Source: Hydrurus foetidus (taxonomy: Eukaryota). Taken from it: a DNA stretch of 57,925 nt. The notes beneath the pieces are model-generated. The model was given only the letters and a program-made list of their open reading frames with translations. It searched no databases and had not been told where the DNA came from. The stretch is taken from assembly GCA_900617105.1 (NCBI GenBank), contig UYFQ01000363.1, positions 62,001 through 119,925 of the forward strand, given 5' to 3'. The position numbers and the translations under genes were made by a program. Shown piece after piece: positions 39,010 through 50,906 of the stretch. The number at the start of each line of letters is the position of its first letter. Position 1 is the first letter of the stretch.

Positions 39010-40337
39010 TTACTCTTTTTTAATTTCGTCTGCAGGTTTGCTGTATGCGGGGTAGTCTGTGTAGCCGACAGAGCAATCTTCATACGGAGCGGACCACCAT
39101 CCTTTATAGTCAGCTAGCTCTGCAAGGGGCCAGTTGTTTGTGAAGCGCTCAACAAGGTCGGGGTTGGACATATAAGGGCGACCAAATGCAACCATGTCAA
39201 CCACACCGGAACCCACAGCACCATCGGCCAGCTCCTTCGTGTATCCTGTGCTTCCCATCATAACGCCTGTATATCCAACCTTTCTGGCATCATACAGAGT
39301 GAACTGTTTGCACATGTCGTGGAAACCGAAAGCAAGGCCGTCGATGACGTGAAGGTATCCAAGACCGAATTTCTCAAGTTCCGCGACAACGCATGAAAAT
39401 GTTTCATGATTATCTGGGTGACCCATGTCGTTGAAATTTCCGTTAGGAGCAAGACGGACGCCGATGCGATTCGCCGGGAATACTGTTGAGATGGCAGTGA
39501 TAATTTCTTTCAGAAGCCGGCATTTCTTAAGAGGAGATCCTCCGTAGTCATCAGTGCGCAGATTTGTTCTGCTCTGAAAAGGAGAAGTTACATGTATTTA
39601 GAATTAAGGTCTTGTGTGCTTCGAAATCTGTCGCATTTCCGCTTACCGAAAGAAAAAGATCTAGTAGATAGCCATTGGCTGAGTGAATCTCAACTCCATC
39701 AAAGCCAGCTTCTTTGGCACATTGCGCCGCGTGACGCCAGTCCTCAACGAGCTTCTTAATATCGTCGACGCTGAGTTCACGAGGGCACTCATATTGGTGT
39801 TTTTGCAGATCGCCACCAGTTGTTCCAGCTCCATTTGCAATGACAGCTGAAGGCCCAACTGGTTGGAGACCATGGAATGTAGAGTGAGTTACTCGACCCA
39901 TATGCCACAGTTGGCAAAAGATTGTGCCATCAGCTTCATGCACAGCCTGAGTGACTTTCTTCCATCCCTCAATATGCTCTTCTTTGTAGATTCTTGGTGC
40001 CCAGGCCCATCCCATCCCCTGCTCTGATACGATGGTTCCCTCAGTGATGATGAGACCGGCGGAAGCTGCATGATTACAACGTAATTTTCACCATAAAGTT
40101 CTCATCAATGAGGATTTCTGAATTAATCAAAAAATTCGCCAAATATTCCAGCACGGAAGACTGATTTCTGCGTTACTTACCACGTTGAACATAGTACTCC
40201 ACATTGTGAGCCTTAGGTATGCCATCAGCGTGACTTCTTGCGCGTGTCAGAGGCGCCAGCGCGATTCTGTTTTTCAATTTGAGATCACCGCCAATGGTGA
40301 TTGGAGTCAGGATCGTCGTTTGCTGTAAGGCTGCCAT
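39010..40337 (-). CDS. Old yellow enzyme / NADH:flavin oxidoreductase (OPR/NemA-like), 3 exons
   Basis: LKNRIALAPLTRAR, YYVQR, GLIITEGT, QLWHMGR, AGFDGVEIHSANGYL, GVRLAP, FGRPYMSNPDLVERF, GYTDYP. Confidence 0.93.
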
Positions 40338-41324
40338 AGCTGATGACTGATGGTTGTTGATTGATTATGATGTGCGCGCGATTTTCAAAGATTTCGCGAA
40401 GTGCGTTTTGCACACATCCAACATCACACATGAATCAAAAATCAAATGGAAACTTCTTGCTCATTGAATTCATGATGGATGACGAGGAGGAGGACCCAAA
40501 CGAGTTTTGAGGGAGTGTTGAGGATAAACTTTTTTTTAAGAATATTTAAGATGCTTTTTTAAAGAATAGTTATCATGTTCTCAGTACGCTGGATCCGTAC
40601 AGGTAGGATGTTGGTGAAGAAGAATGACGACATCGTACATCGTACACAGTGTTAGGTTTGTGAAGTAATCATAATCCATGTATATTGTTAGCTTCACTTT
40701 CTTATTCACCATGATTGGAAATGGTAGATATACAGGGTAAATAGACTGGATTCATCATCTTGCGCTACTGTAGTTGAAGTCAGATGAGAACATAAAAAAG
40801 ACTCACATTTTTATCAAGTAATCTTGCGCGAAATAGAATTTCGTATTTTCACTTCAATCAAAGACATTAAATTATTTTACTTGAAAAGCTGCACCATCAG
40901 CTCAGTCAACTCCATTGATCCCCATGGGGAAAGTAGATCTACTACGTACTAAGGAAAGCAATCGACTACAAAATACCGAACAGCTACTTTCCATTCATGA
41001 AGTTTCTGATAATATAGGGTTAGATTTGTATCTGTTAATTTGGTAAAGAACTTAGATTGGACGGGGAACCTCCACTTTAGTCCATATTTGAGGAGTTCTG
41101 TTTTCTTTGAAAATGCCCCGTAGCCACACGAGATAATCTAGTGGTAGTGCGGAGAAAAGTAGAAATGATTGGTTCTCCGCAGAGTCTGCTTGCACCCACC
41201 GCTAAAAAGTTGTACCTGGAACGATAAATGCCGTTAATCTGTAAGAATCTCGTCCTCACTTTTCAGCATGAAAAATACGAGTTCGTGTTTCCGTGTAATT
41301 CTTGAGGCGTTGGTGACGTATGAC

Positions 41325-41548
41325 ATTTGGACCTATTCCAACTCGCAAGAAATAGAAAGTTGCTAAAAATGGGGGTATAAAATATTAGCTTCCGACATTT
41401 TTTTACGTGTTTCACTTTCAAGTTTAATTTGTAGAATCAAGAGTAGTTCTGAAAAAGAGTTCGTAAAAATCGACGTAAGATTTTTGGGGAGTTTTTACGT
41501 TTTTTACGACCCAACTCTTGTTTCTTGCGAGTTGGAATAGGGCCAAAT
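41325..41548. mobile_element. MITE-like element with ~28-bp TIRs
   Basis: atttggacctattccaactcgcaagaaa ... tttcttgcgagttggaatagggccaaat (1 mismatch). No clear TSD. Confidence 0.6.
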
Positions 41549-42011
41549 ACAGCTGGCAGCTGACTCCCCGAAATGCAAATTGACGAAAAAATTATATAAT
41601 AAATTACGAGACATTCTGACACCAATTTCTATATCTAAAGATAAAAGCAGAGCATTAGAATATCAGAATATGCTGTTCGATCTATGTCGCGTGCTGTAAG
41701 GACCTCATCAGCACAGAAAATCTCTGGAGTTATCGCGAAGTCCAGATACGGAACCCATATGTACTTTGTCGCGAAGTTAGACAAGATACGGGGGATACAG
41801 TCCAGTAGCATTCAAGTCAAGCAACTAGTCATAATCCCATCTCAAAAACAAGAGAGCTAAAAACGGTTTTACTAAGATAAGGAGATCAGTCAACTAAATA
41901 CAGAATCGGAAGGCGCGTAAGGGTATAAGCAGGCAATGTTGATGATAAATGGCATCAAATAAAATAGCAAATAAAACGGTGAACTCTTCGCCGTTGGATC
42001 GGAGTGAGGTA

Positions 42012-45000
42012 TCATCGTACTTTTACAACATTAGCACGTTGCCGTATCATGCTGCATAAAGCTTTCATTCGTAAATAACATCCCGATTGAGGTAGGAAGT
42101 GCCGAAGCTGGAACGAAAGAATGCAGAAGTGCAGCAATCTGATCAGAACAACCCACGACATGAGGATTCCGAACATGACCCACGGCTTCACGTTGGCTTG
42201 TTTGAAGTAAAATTGCAGTATATAATCTCCATCAACGATGACTTTTGGACTCGATCCCGTGATGAGGAACGATTGACCATGGAATATTTGATATGTATAG
42301 CCATCAAAGGAGTATTTGGTGGGTGTCACGTAGCTTATCCACCTAATCCAAGCAGGCATGTCAATGACCTTCAAGAAGAAACCCGAGAAAATGAGCAGAT
42401 ATCCCAGAATCAAGGAGGAAATCGTCACGCTCAACATGGCGTCCTTGAACGTCTCAATAACACTTAGCATGTACGCCTCCATGAGCAGAATGTGCCCACA
42501 TGTCAACAGCACGGCGTAGATAAACGCTTCCCTCTCCGGATTGATGTTACTGAGCCAATGAAAAATGGACTGGAATGCGAGTGCTCCAACGAAGTTGAAG
42601 GGGATAGATACGATGAGTTGAGAGAAACAGTACATCCCTGGACTTAGCACATTATTCTTTATCTGCTCCGCTACTTCCTGGCGATCTCTGGCGAAGAGAC
42701 CGGTTGCTCCAACTGCTGAAAATAGCACAATCCACGTATTGAAATACACTGCACCAGCGTACAGGATGAGATGGCCACTTTCAGTTTTAAGATTGGCGAA
42801 CATTGATCCACTGAATAAGGCGGTGCCGATCAGCGTTAGAGTGCGTGCATGATACATTCTGATGTCTCTGGAGTAGTACTTGAAGAAGAACAGGACAATG
42901 TTCAAAAATCGGACAAGGTTATGAGGTGGTAAGGTTGCGGGACCTGCTGCAGGTGTGACGAGTATGAGGGCTTCTTGGACGCGTGAAACGTTACTACAAA
43001 AGTTGGACTCCAGATACAGTGACTTCCATTCGGACTGATGCTTGAAAGTGGGTGGGCAACTCACAATGTCCAGGTAATAGTCTGCTAGAGCGCTTTTATA
43101 CGGACAACTGTATCCTAGATAAGAGAAGTACTTCTCGCTGCAAGACACAGGTCCGGAGTACACTAGGCGGCCGCCCTCAAGTAGGTAGAGGTCCTGCAAC
43201 ATGTCGAACATGATCTCAGACGGCTGATGAATAGTCATGATCACGGAGATGTTCAGCTTCTCGGCCAGGTCTACTAGATGTTGGACGACGCTGTACGCGG
43301 AGGTCGAGTCCAGGCCAGAGGTCGGTTCATCGAGAAACAGAACGGCAGGCTTGCTTATCATGCCCATTCCTACGCTCACTTTCTTAAGCTCACCGCCTGT
43401 TAGATCCCTACATCTCGTGTAGGCCTGGTCTCGGAGACCCAGTGAAAGTATCACAACGTCAAGTCTTTCGTACATGTCGTTTCTATCGCTGCACTTCAAT
43501 AAACCGGTTATTTCGATTTGTTCACGAACGGTTAGGCTGTCGTTGAAAACTTCCGATTGCGGCACATAGTACAAATCAGCCATGGTGAGCTCCCTCTTGC
43601 CGTAGGAGATTTCACCCGATATTTTCCCGTATGGAGCCCTGTTACCAAGGGAGTTGAGCAGGGTGGTTTTGCCGGCACCAGAGGGTCCCATCAGGGCGAG
43701 GACCCGACCGGCCCGGGCCGTTCCACTAACGCCATCAATAAGTGCCGCGCCTCCTTTATTCAGCGTCAGAGTCAGGTTTCTCCACACCAAGCAGTGCGGT
43801 GGCTTCGCAATATCGATGGGAATGCTTCTCATTAGTGGGTTGAACTCTTCAGCGAAAAGATCGGTCATCTCGTAGTTCTCGTAGTGGATCATGCTGCCAG
43901 GGAGAAATGGGTTCTCAGCGAACGAGGTCGTCCCGAAGTTTGGCTCACGATAAGTGTTATAGGACAAAACGGCATCATCTGAGGGGAGATAAAAGATGGG
44001 ATTAGGTCTGATTAGATTCACTGTCAGGGTGGGTTGGACGAGAAGAAAAGGAGTTACTCTTGCCTCTGGAATTCGGGGCGCAAACGTTTTGCGCCTCAAT
44101 TGCGTTACCTCCTGACTCGCAGGTCCAGAGTTTTTTAAAATTCTGACACGTCCACAGCTTCTTGAAATTCGCGACAATTTTCTCAATTGGATAGTACATC
44201 AATAGGAGTACGATGGCGCGGAACACGAAGAATATAAGCACCAAATATCCCGTTGCTGTCCATGCATTGTCGGCTGGGTTTGTGCCTTGAATCATTTTCA
44301 TCACAGTGCGACCCTTGATATAGCAGTGATAACCATTTGAGGCCCTCGCATCGCATGGTACGACTTGTCCCAGAACCAAACAAGCGAAGCTTGGTGCACT
44401 TGTAATACACTTGTATGTGAGATAGTCATTTACGCGCTGCAGCATTGCGCGAGTTGCTTGAGTGGTGATGGAGGCTTCTTGCAGCCATATCCAATATGAA
44501 GGAGTCCTGTTCCAAGAGATGAAAATGCCTGCACCGAAACCCGATTGAATGACCATCATTCCCTGACTAATGATGAGGGCAGTGGTGGCGTCTGGAAACA
44601 CTCTCGTTACGATGTTCACCATACTCTCAGCAGCTAGAGTTGTCTACAAAAATAACAAGCGCATCAAGTTAACGAGGAACTCAGACAATTCTAGGAAATA
44701 AATTGGCGATATCATCAGATGACAAAGAGCTTACCAGCCAGAATGTGAACAAGCAGAAGGGATAAGCCTCTTTCGGTAACCCCATCATAAAGTACGTTAT
44801 AGCTGTCGCGGGAACAATGGTGATGAAAACAGCCGCTGATGTGAACAATAAGTCCGCAAGAAAGGCCGCCTCCACACTGTACGTATTGTTCGCTTTCTCG
44901 TGCTTGAACAACGCACTCCATCGACTTAAATGGTATCCCTGAGAAAGATTGAAGATGGTTAGGGAGAAGCTGAATGACCTGCGACAACACTTCAGATCAC

Positions 45001-46381
45001 TAGCTTACCTTGAAAATGTGCACGTTGCACATTACAAAAATAATTAATGAAGCACCCCCGTATAAATTGAGCAAGTCTGCGCTTATCGTAAAATTGATAC
45101 TATAGAGGATCGCGCCGATGAGAAACGAGAAGACATTCGTCATCATGGATTGCGTGTAGTAAAGTCCATAGTCTCTTCTCGCAACCATGAGATCACGCAT
45201 GAGCAGGATGTACAACTGCCTTAAGAAGAGGGCCCTTACGGGCTGTTCTCTGATAAAAGTCAAGGGGTTCTTGAAAGAGCTGTCATTAGTCAAGGTGTGG
45301 TCCATTTTGCTTTCCTCGACGTTGTGCTCTTTCCCAGCAGCGTCACGGTCCCCGCGTTTACCGACCCTTGAGGAATCAAGTACCGAATTGAGTCTCTTGA
45401 AGAAGTAACTCTCGCGGAAGGCGGCTGCGGTTAATTCAGTTGATATGTAGAGCGATTGAGTTATGCGTAGACATCATGAGAATTAAATATCCTGTTCCGA
45501 TTTACAATTATCATCATATTCAAAGCGCTCTTTGCCCCTCTGAAGTTACCTGCAAAATCAACAGCAATGTGACCCGAGAACTTCCGATCGGTGATTTGAA
45601 GAAAGTGGTCGGTTGGGGTATAGTCGTTGAGAGGTGGGAAACCAAGACTGCTAAGATACTCGATCGACTCAGCCACACTCCCGAAAAAATTCATACCTCC
45701 ATCGCAGAGGATCAGTATATTGTCGAATAGCTCTAGAATCCGGGAATTCGGTTGGTGGATGCTGACCATAACGGACATGTTGCCGCGGCTTGACTCAGTG
45801 ATGTCTCTAATTGACCTGAGAATGTCGTAAGCTATGTACGCATCGAGACCGCTTGTGGGCTCATCAAGAAACAGTATTTGAGGCCGATTGATCAGTTCAA
45901 CTCCAATTTCCACGCGCTTCTTTTGACCGCCTGATAACCCTCGCACAAAATCTGTGCCGATGCGGTTGTCAGCAACGTTGGAGAGACCCATGACCTCCAA
46001 CATTTTCTCGACGTCTTCGTGAACCTGGTCGGGAGGATGGTTTCCTCTCATGGCGGCGGAGTTGTAGAAAGTCTCTCTTGGTGTCAAACATCCAGTCAAA
46101 ATGTCCTCTTCGGGCGCGAAGCTGATGGCTTTGGAAACATCGTGGAAGTTGGCTCTTCGCCCATCGACGTGAAGGTCACCTGTAACTCTCAAATCGTGTG
46201 CACGGCCTGATAGTGCGTTCAGGGTGAGTGTCTTCCCGGCTGCTGTCGGACCAAGAATTGCTGTCATACCGCCACGCTTAATGAAACCCGAGACACCAGT
46301 GATCAAGTTCTTCGAGGGGTTGATTGATGATACACATAAGTCCTTGAAGGACATGGCGACCTCCGCCGAATTTTTCGACAT
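42012..46381 (-). CDS. Full-size ABCG transporter (NBD-TMD-NBD-TMD); 5' end possibly displaced by the transposon cluster
   Basis: NBD1 GPTAAGKT/LSGGQKKRV/LDEPTSGLD/IHQP and NBD2 GPSGAGKT/LTGGELKKV/LDEPTSGLD/IHQP, each followed by TM segments. Several short introns. Confidence 0.9.
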
Positions 46382-46498
46382 TGATCGCAGTGGTCGGCAA
46401 TGGTGCCCCCTGCCGTCCGATCGTTGGTGCCTGTGTGAAGTCGGCGGTTCTTTTTGGCGATTTTGTTTGAGATTAAAAAGCTACAGCTACGGTAGATA

Positions 46499-46900
46499 GA
46501 GATCACGAGATCACAGATTTGATGATGTGACCTACAAAAATAGAACTCATTTTATATGGAAAAAACTCACGCGTTTTTGTGCTGAAAACTGCCGAATGTC
46601 GAAAAAACAAAAAGTTCAAGTCGGAGTCTGGTGGTTTCCACACACACACGCACCAAGTACCACCGCATGGCAGATGGTACAAATTTTCACAGGTGCACCA
46701 GAACGGATTACTGTACTGTGTACTGTACGTTACAGGACCCTCGCTCAATATTTCTAGATATCACCAAAGCAGAATAAAATGATATGTACTATTTTCCAAA
46801 AAAATTCAGATGGAGTGGTGGTGAAACCGATCACCCCACACGGCCCCACACCATACTAAAAAATAAAAAAGCAAAAAATGGCGAACGTTCCTCGGTTTTT
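46499..46900 (+). repeat. Direct-repeat copy of 56493-56893 (outer 256 bp of the pogo right TIR + TA + adjacent element end)
   Basis: Near identical (one 1-bp indel seen). It shares two variants (gacctAc, gtaCcacc) with the right TIR that differ in the left TIR. Confidence 0.95.
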
Positions 46901-47006
46901 GTATTTTTTAGTATGGTGTGGGGCCGTGTGGGGTGATCGGTTTCACCACCACTCCATCTGAATTTTTTTGGAAAATAGTATCATTTTATTCTGCTTTGGT
47001 AATATC
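46757..47006. mobile_element. 250-bp palindromic MITE, TA-flanked (~110-bp TIRs)
   Basis: TA|gatatcaccaaagcagaataaaatgata ... tatcattttattctgctttggtaatatc|TA. Confidence 0.8.
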
Positions 47007-47008
47007 TA

Positions 47009-50000
47009 TGTAAGCATAGGGGGGGTTTAGTGGATTTTTTAATTCCACCAGTGGAATTATGTACGTTCCATACTAATTTTTGAAAAAAAGCATGTACAGT
47101 CGTTCTCGATTTGAAATTTGAAATTGAAAAATGATGTGAAGAAATACATTCTCAGGGCTTCAACTTGTCAAGCTTATTCCTATCGAACTCCAAACTGGAG
47201 AAGAGGTGTCACGACGCCAGCATTTGAAACATCAGCGATGGAAGAATTTGAGGAAATTCAAGGAGAGAGCAGAGCAGCGGCAACGAAGTTGAACTATCTG
47301 CGGCGTGGTACAGCTTTTGAGGCTTGGATGAAAATCAATCATCCTTCTTCCTGCAATGAGGCTGGTGTATTCTGCTTGGAAAGAGTTACAACTCCGCAGA
47401 TTTGCGAGTTCATATCAAAAAGCAGCTTGAAAGATGGGAAACTACTGAGTTACTCTACACCCGAGTCAAACCATAGTGCTATTTTAGACTTGTATCGTGC
47501 ATCGAAGATCAGATGTCCTGGAAATTTCAATCAAGAATGGTTGGAATACAGCAAAGGCTACCGCAATAAAGTTGCAGAAAACATCTCTTTAGGGATGCAG
47601 CCAACTGCTGGATCCGATAAATTGACTATAGAACAATATCGGACACTGTCGATGCTTGCTGTAAAGTCATCCACTTTTTACGCTCATGGATTTTTAATTC
47701 TCGCATGGAATTTGATGAGTAGAGCTGGAAGCACGGGAAACATTAAATTTCAGCACATTCGATGGGATAATGATCATTTGATCGTTGTCATTCCAAAACA
47801 TAAAGGGGATAGATCAGGAAAAAAGCTTCCAACAGAAAAAGCTGTATACGCGAACCCAATTCATCCGGAAATATGTCCACTATTAGTTCTTGGAATTATT
47901 TTATTGTCACGTCAAAGTAATGGTAAAGTGGAATCAATTTTACTGGGAGCTAAGTCTGAAGAAAACATTAATAATTGGTTGAAAAAAACTCTCTCTCCCG
48001 ATGATAGTGACACCATAAATCGTAATCATCTCACAAGTCATTGCACTAGAAAAGGTAAAAAATGACGATTCTATTTTCACAAAGTGTACTGTTATCTTAT
48101 TTGTCATTTTCAATTTACAGGTTCAACTTCATATGTGGTATCACTACCTGGCCTAAGTCATGTGATTGCAGTTTGGAACAGGGCAGGATGGCATTTAGGG
48201 TGTGTTCTTCCCTGCTACATATCAGCTGAGGAGGGAGGAGATCAAAATGTATGTACTGTACATACGTTGTCATATCTCATTAAAATGTATTACATCTTCA
48301 TCTTTATGTACGACTGTGTGTTTCAAATGCTACAGGTTGGTCGTACTGTGAGCGGCTTACCACCAGGCACAACAGAATTCACCATGTTACCAGCCCGATT
48401 TGCGGCTGATTCCCAAATAGAGTGGTCTGACATAGTACCAAATTACTCAAGCTATCCTGAAGGTGGTTCCACTTTAAATGTCATATTCAATTCAAATAGC
48501 ATTATAATCACAACAATTAAAACAGATTTTAGGAAAGTTATACCATATTTGGTGGCCGCTGTTGTGCATCATTCAGATTGGATCGCTTCCAATCTGAATG
48601 TTACTCATCCGTTATTCTTAAGCCGCTGTTGGAGACAAGGAAGCCAGGAGAGTTTGAAGCAACATCTCATAATTCCATGCTGCATGGCTTGTCCTCGTAC
48701 TGGAATGTCGGCTACAGGGATACCACCCGTATATATACTCGCACATAATCAAAAGGAACTGAACCAAAGCATGATATCTGCTATCGAAAAATGTGGTACT
48801 GAACGTCCCAAACCGGCCATAACTTCTACAGGTAACTAAATAGAGGCATGAGTTTGAGTGTGTTGAGTGTGTGTGTGTGTAGTGTATGTGTGTGTATGTG
48901 TGTGTGTGTGTAGCAAAGTGTGTGCGTGTGGTGTGTGTATGTATGTGTGGCATGGTGGGTGTGTAGGTATGGTGTGTGCAAGGTGGTGGAGGTGGTGGCT
49001 GCAGGTAGATGCGGCGAAAGTGAGTCATTATTGCATAGGCTTCTCAACGACAGATTGCATAGATTCGTTGCTGATGATAATCCAAGTGCATGCAATGGAG
49101 ATGGTGATGCTAGCAGCGCCAGCAGCAGTCAAAGTCGAGCTTCATCAGACCCGCAGGAAGGATTTAGTTGGTGGACATGGGAAGGAAAAATCAGACCTAT
49201 GCCACCGGACTACAAATATCCAAAGAAGACCTCCCTCAAGAATATCCATGATTTATGGTATCAAGGTGTGCCCGCTCTGAAAATACGTCCGTTCAAGTTC
49301 ATCAAAGGTATCCTATGGAATGACAAATTAGCAGCTCAATCACTAAGTCGGGCGAGTAGTTTGATCACTGAAATAGATTCATACTTACCAGAAAATTATA
49401 GCACACTTCCGTGTTCTGAAAAGGATACCATATTCATCGTAGCATTTGGTAAAATGACAGATAATTTCATGTGTGGAAATGGCCAGCACAGGAAAGCTGA
49501 TTATACAATGAGCTATTCTACGTTATACGAGAAGCACTATGCTCCATTCAGTAAAAAAAGAAAGTTAGGTCAGCTAATTGTAAATTGAAGATGTTACTCG
49601 TTAGCAATTGTACTTACACTGCACGTTGTACTTACACTGCACGTAAATTATCGACGACATAATAAATTGCATACAAACATTAATATTTTTGTTACAAACA
49701 TTAATTTTCTGTTTGACTGGACAGGTCTTGAATTAGGTACTGTATAAAATTAAAGACTTTCAGAAAAGACATAATTTATTTTACTCAGAAAGTTTCAAAG
49801 TGACAGGTAGGAGACATGTCCGCAATTAACCTAACATTACGACCAACTAAGTACGCAGCTCCTGCCAGAGACATGCCTCTCCTGATATACAGCATGGAGT
49901 GCAGTAGGATATCAACGAAAATGAGTCACGAATGCGGGCGACATAGTAAATTGTGATAACAATGTGATCATAAGTTGCACTTGTTGGGAAGAACGCAGAA

Positions 50001-50878
50001 GGGAGCAAGCAATTCAAGGCTACACATATCAGTATAAGCTAGATGTGAGACCATATTCCGATGTGATAAGGAATTGATGATAATTATTCTAGCTGCATTC
50101 TTCGAAGTGAATTATCTAACCTGTGCTGAACAAAAAAAGCATCAGAGTCATTTCGCATCGAAACTTCAATACGGCCCTCCGCACTCCGCCGGAAGTTGTA
50201 TCATGGTTCCCTCAAGCAGCAGCCAAAATGCCAGTCGATGACTTTGAATGTATCCAATAGCTGCCGCATAAAGCATTACCAAAAATAGGGAGTCGCGTCA
50301 GAGGAGAAAAATGTCCATTTTAAATTGATCGTTTCCTGAAATAAAGTAAAACTCATGCCATCGACATCTAGACTACAGGGCACAACTTCTACGCTAAAGT
50401 CGCTCAACAGTTGTCCATTGGGCAAAAACTCGCTCCATCACCTTGGAAATGATTATTGAATCCGAACAATTAATGGAGCAAGCTCGCCGCTGAAGTGAAG
50501 CCATTCTTCGCCTGACGCGTGGAATAATGACATTGGAGGTGGGAGATCATGAAGGTGGTCGGCAACTGACGACATTTTGACTTTGCTGCATGATATGACT
50601 ATGAGATGGTTTGGATTGAGTATACGAAGGCTTCGAGTAGTCAGTCATTCATCTTGTTGACTCCTGTACCGTATAGAATGATGATTGAAGTAGTACCGTA
50701 TAAGCCTCTCCTAGTAGTACCGTATAAGCCTCTTCAAAAAAAATTCCACCAAATGTACGAGTATGTACATATCGTCTTTTTCATATACAAAAATATGTAC
50801 ATATTTTTTCAAAAGTGGAAAAAAAAATTCCACCGCAACCCGGAAATGGAAGAAAAAATTCCACTTTTTCCGGTTAAG
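47009..50878 (+). mobile_element. Crypton (tyrosine-recombinase DNA transposon), CryptonS-like; exact ends undetermined
   Basis: Contains the YR gene. GTGGA-N9-TCCAC palindromes occur near both ends (47030, 50815, 50846). Confidence 0.75.
47238..49588 (+). CDS. Crypton tyrosine recombinase/transposase, 5 exons, apparently intact
   Basis: LAWNLMSR, HI.W.ND.L, HKGD.SG, YANP..PEICP, HCTRKG, RAGW.LG.V...Y, GGDQ.VGR.VSGLP, and C-terminal WEG....P.DY.YP...L..I.DLWY.G....RPF. Introns ~48055-48120, 48249-48335, 48462-48526 and 48832-49004 splice in frame. Confidence 0.88.
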
Positions 50879-50906
50879 TAGAAATATTGAGCGAGGGTCC
50901 TGTAAC

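Noticed and set aside
43980..44190. Apparent frameshift in the ABCG gene
   Set aside because: A phase-1 GT..cccctcAG intron ending at ~43980 joins the two frames.
37288..46381. CDO-OYE-ABCG as a detoxification gene cluster
   Set aside because: Adjacency only, with mixed orientation and no evidence of a shared pathway.
49700..50600. Second Crypton gene (e.g. SET-domain cargo)
   Set aside because: No convincing ORF or motif could be assembled by eye; needs BLASTX or RNA-seq.
46729..50906. 28-bp inverted repeats as the Crypton's own TIRs
   Set aside because: They are the terminal 26 bp + TA of the pogo-like TIR, identical to 56723-56750.
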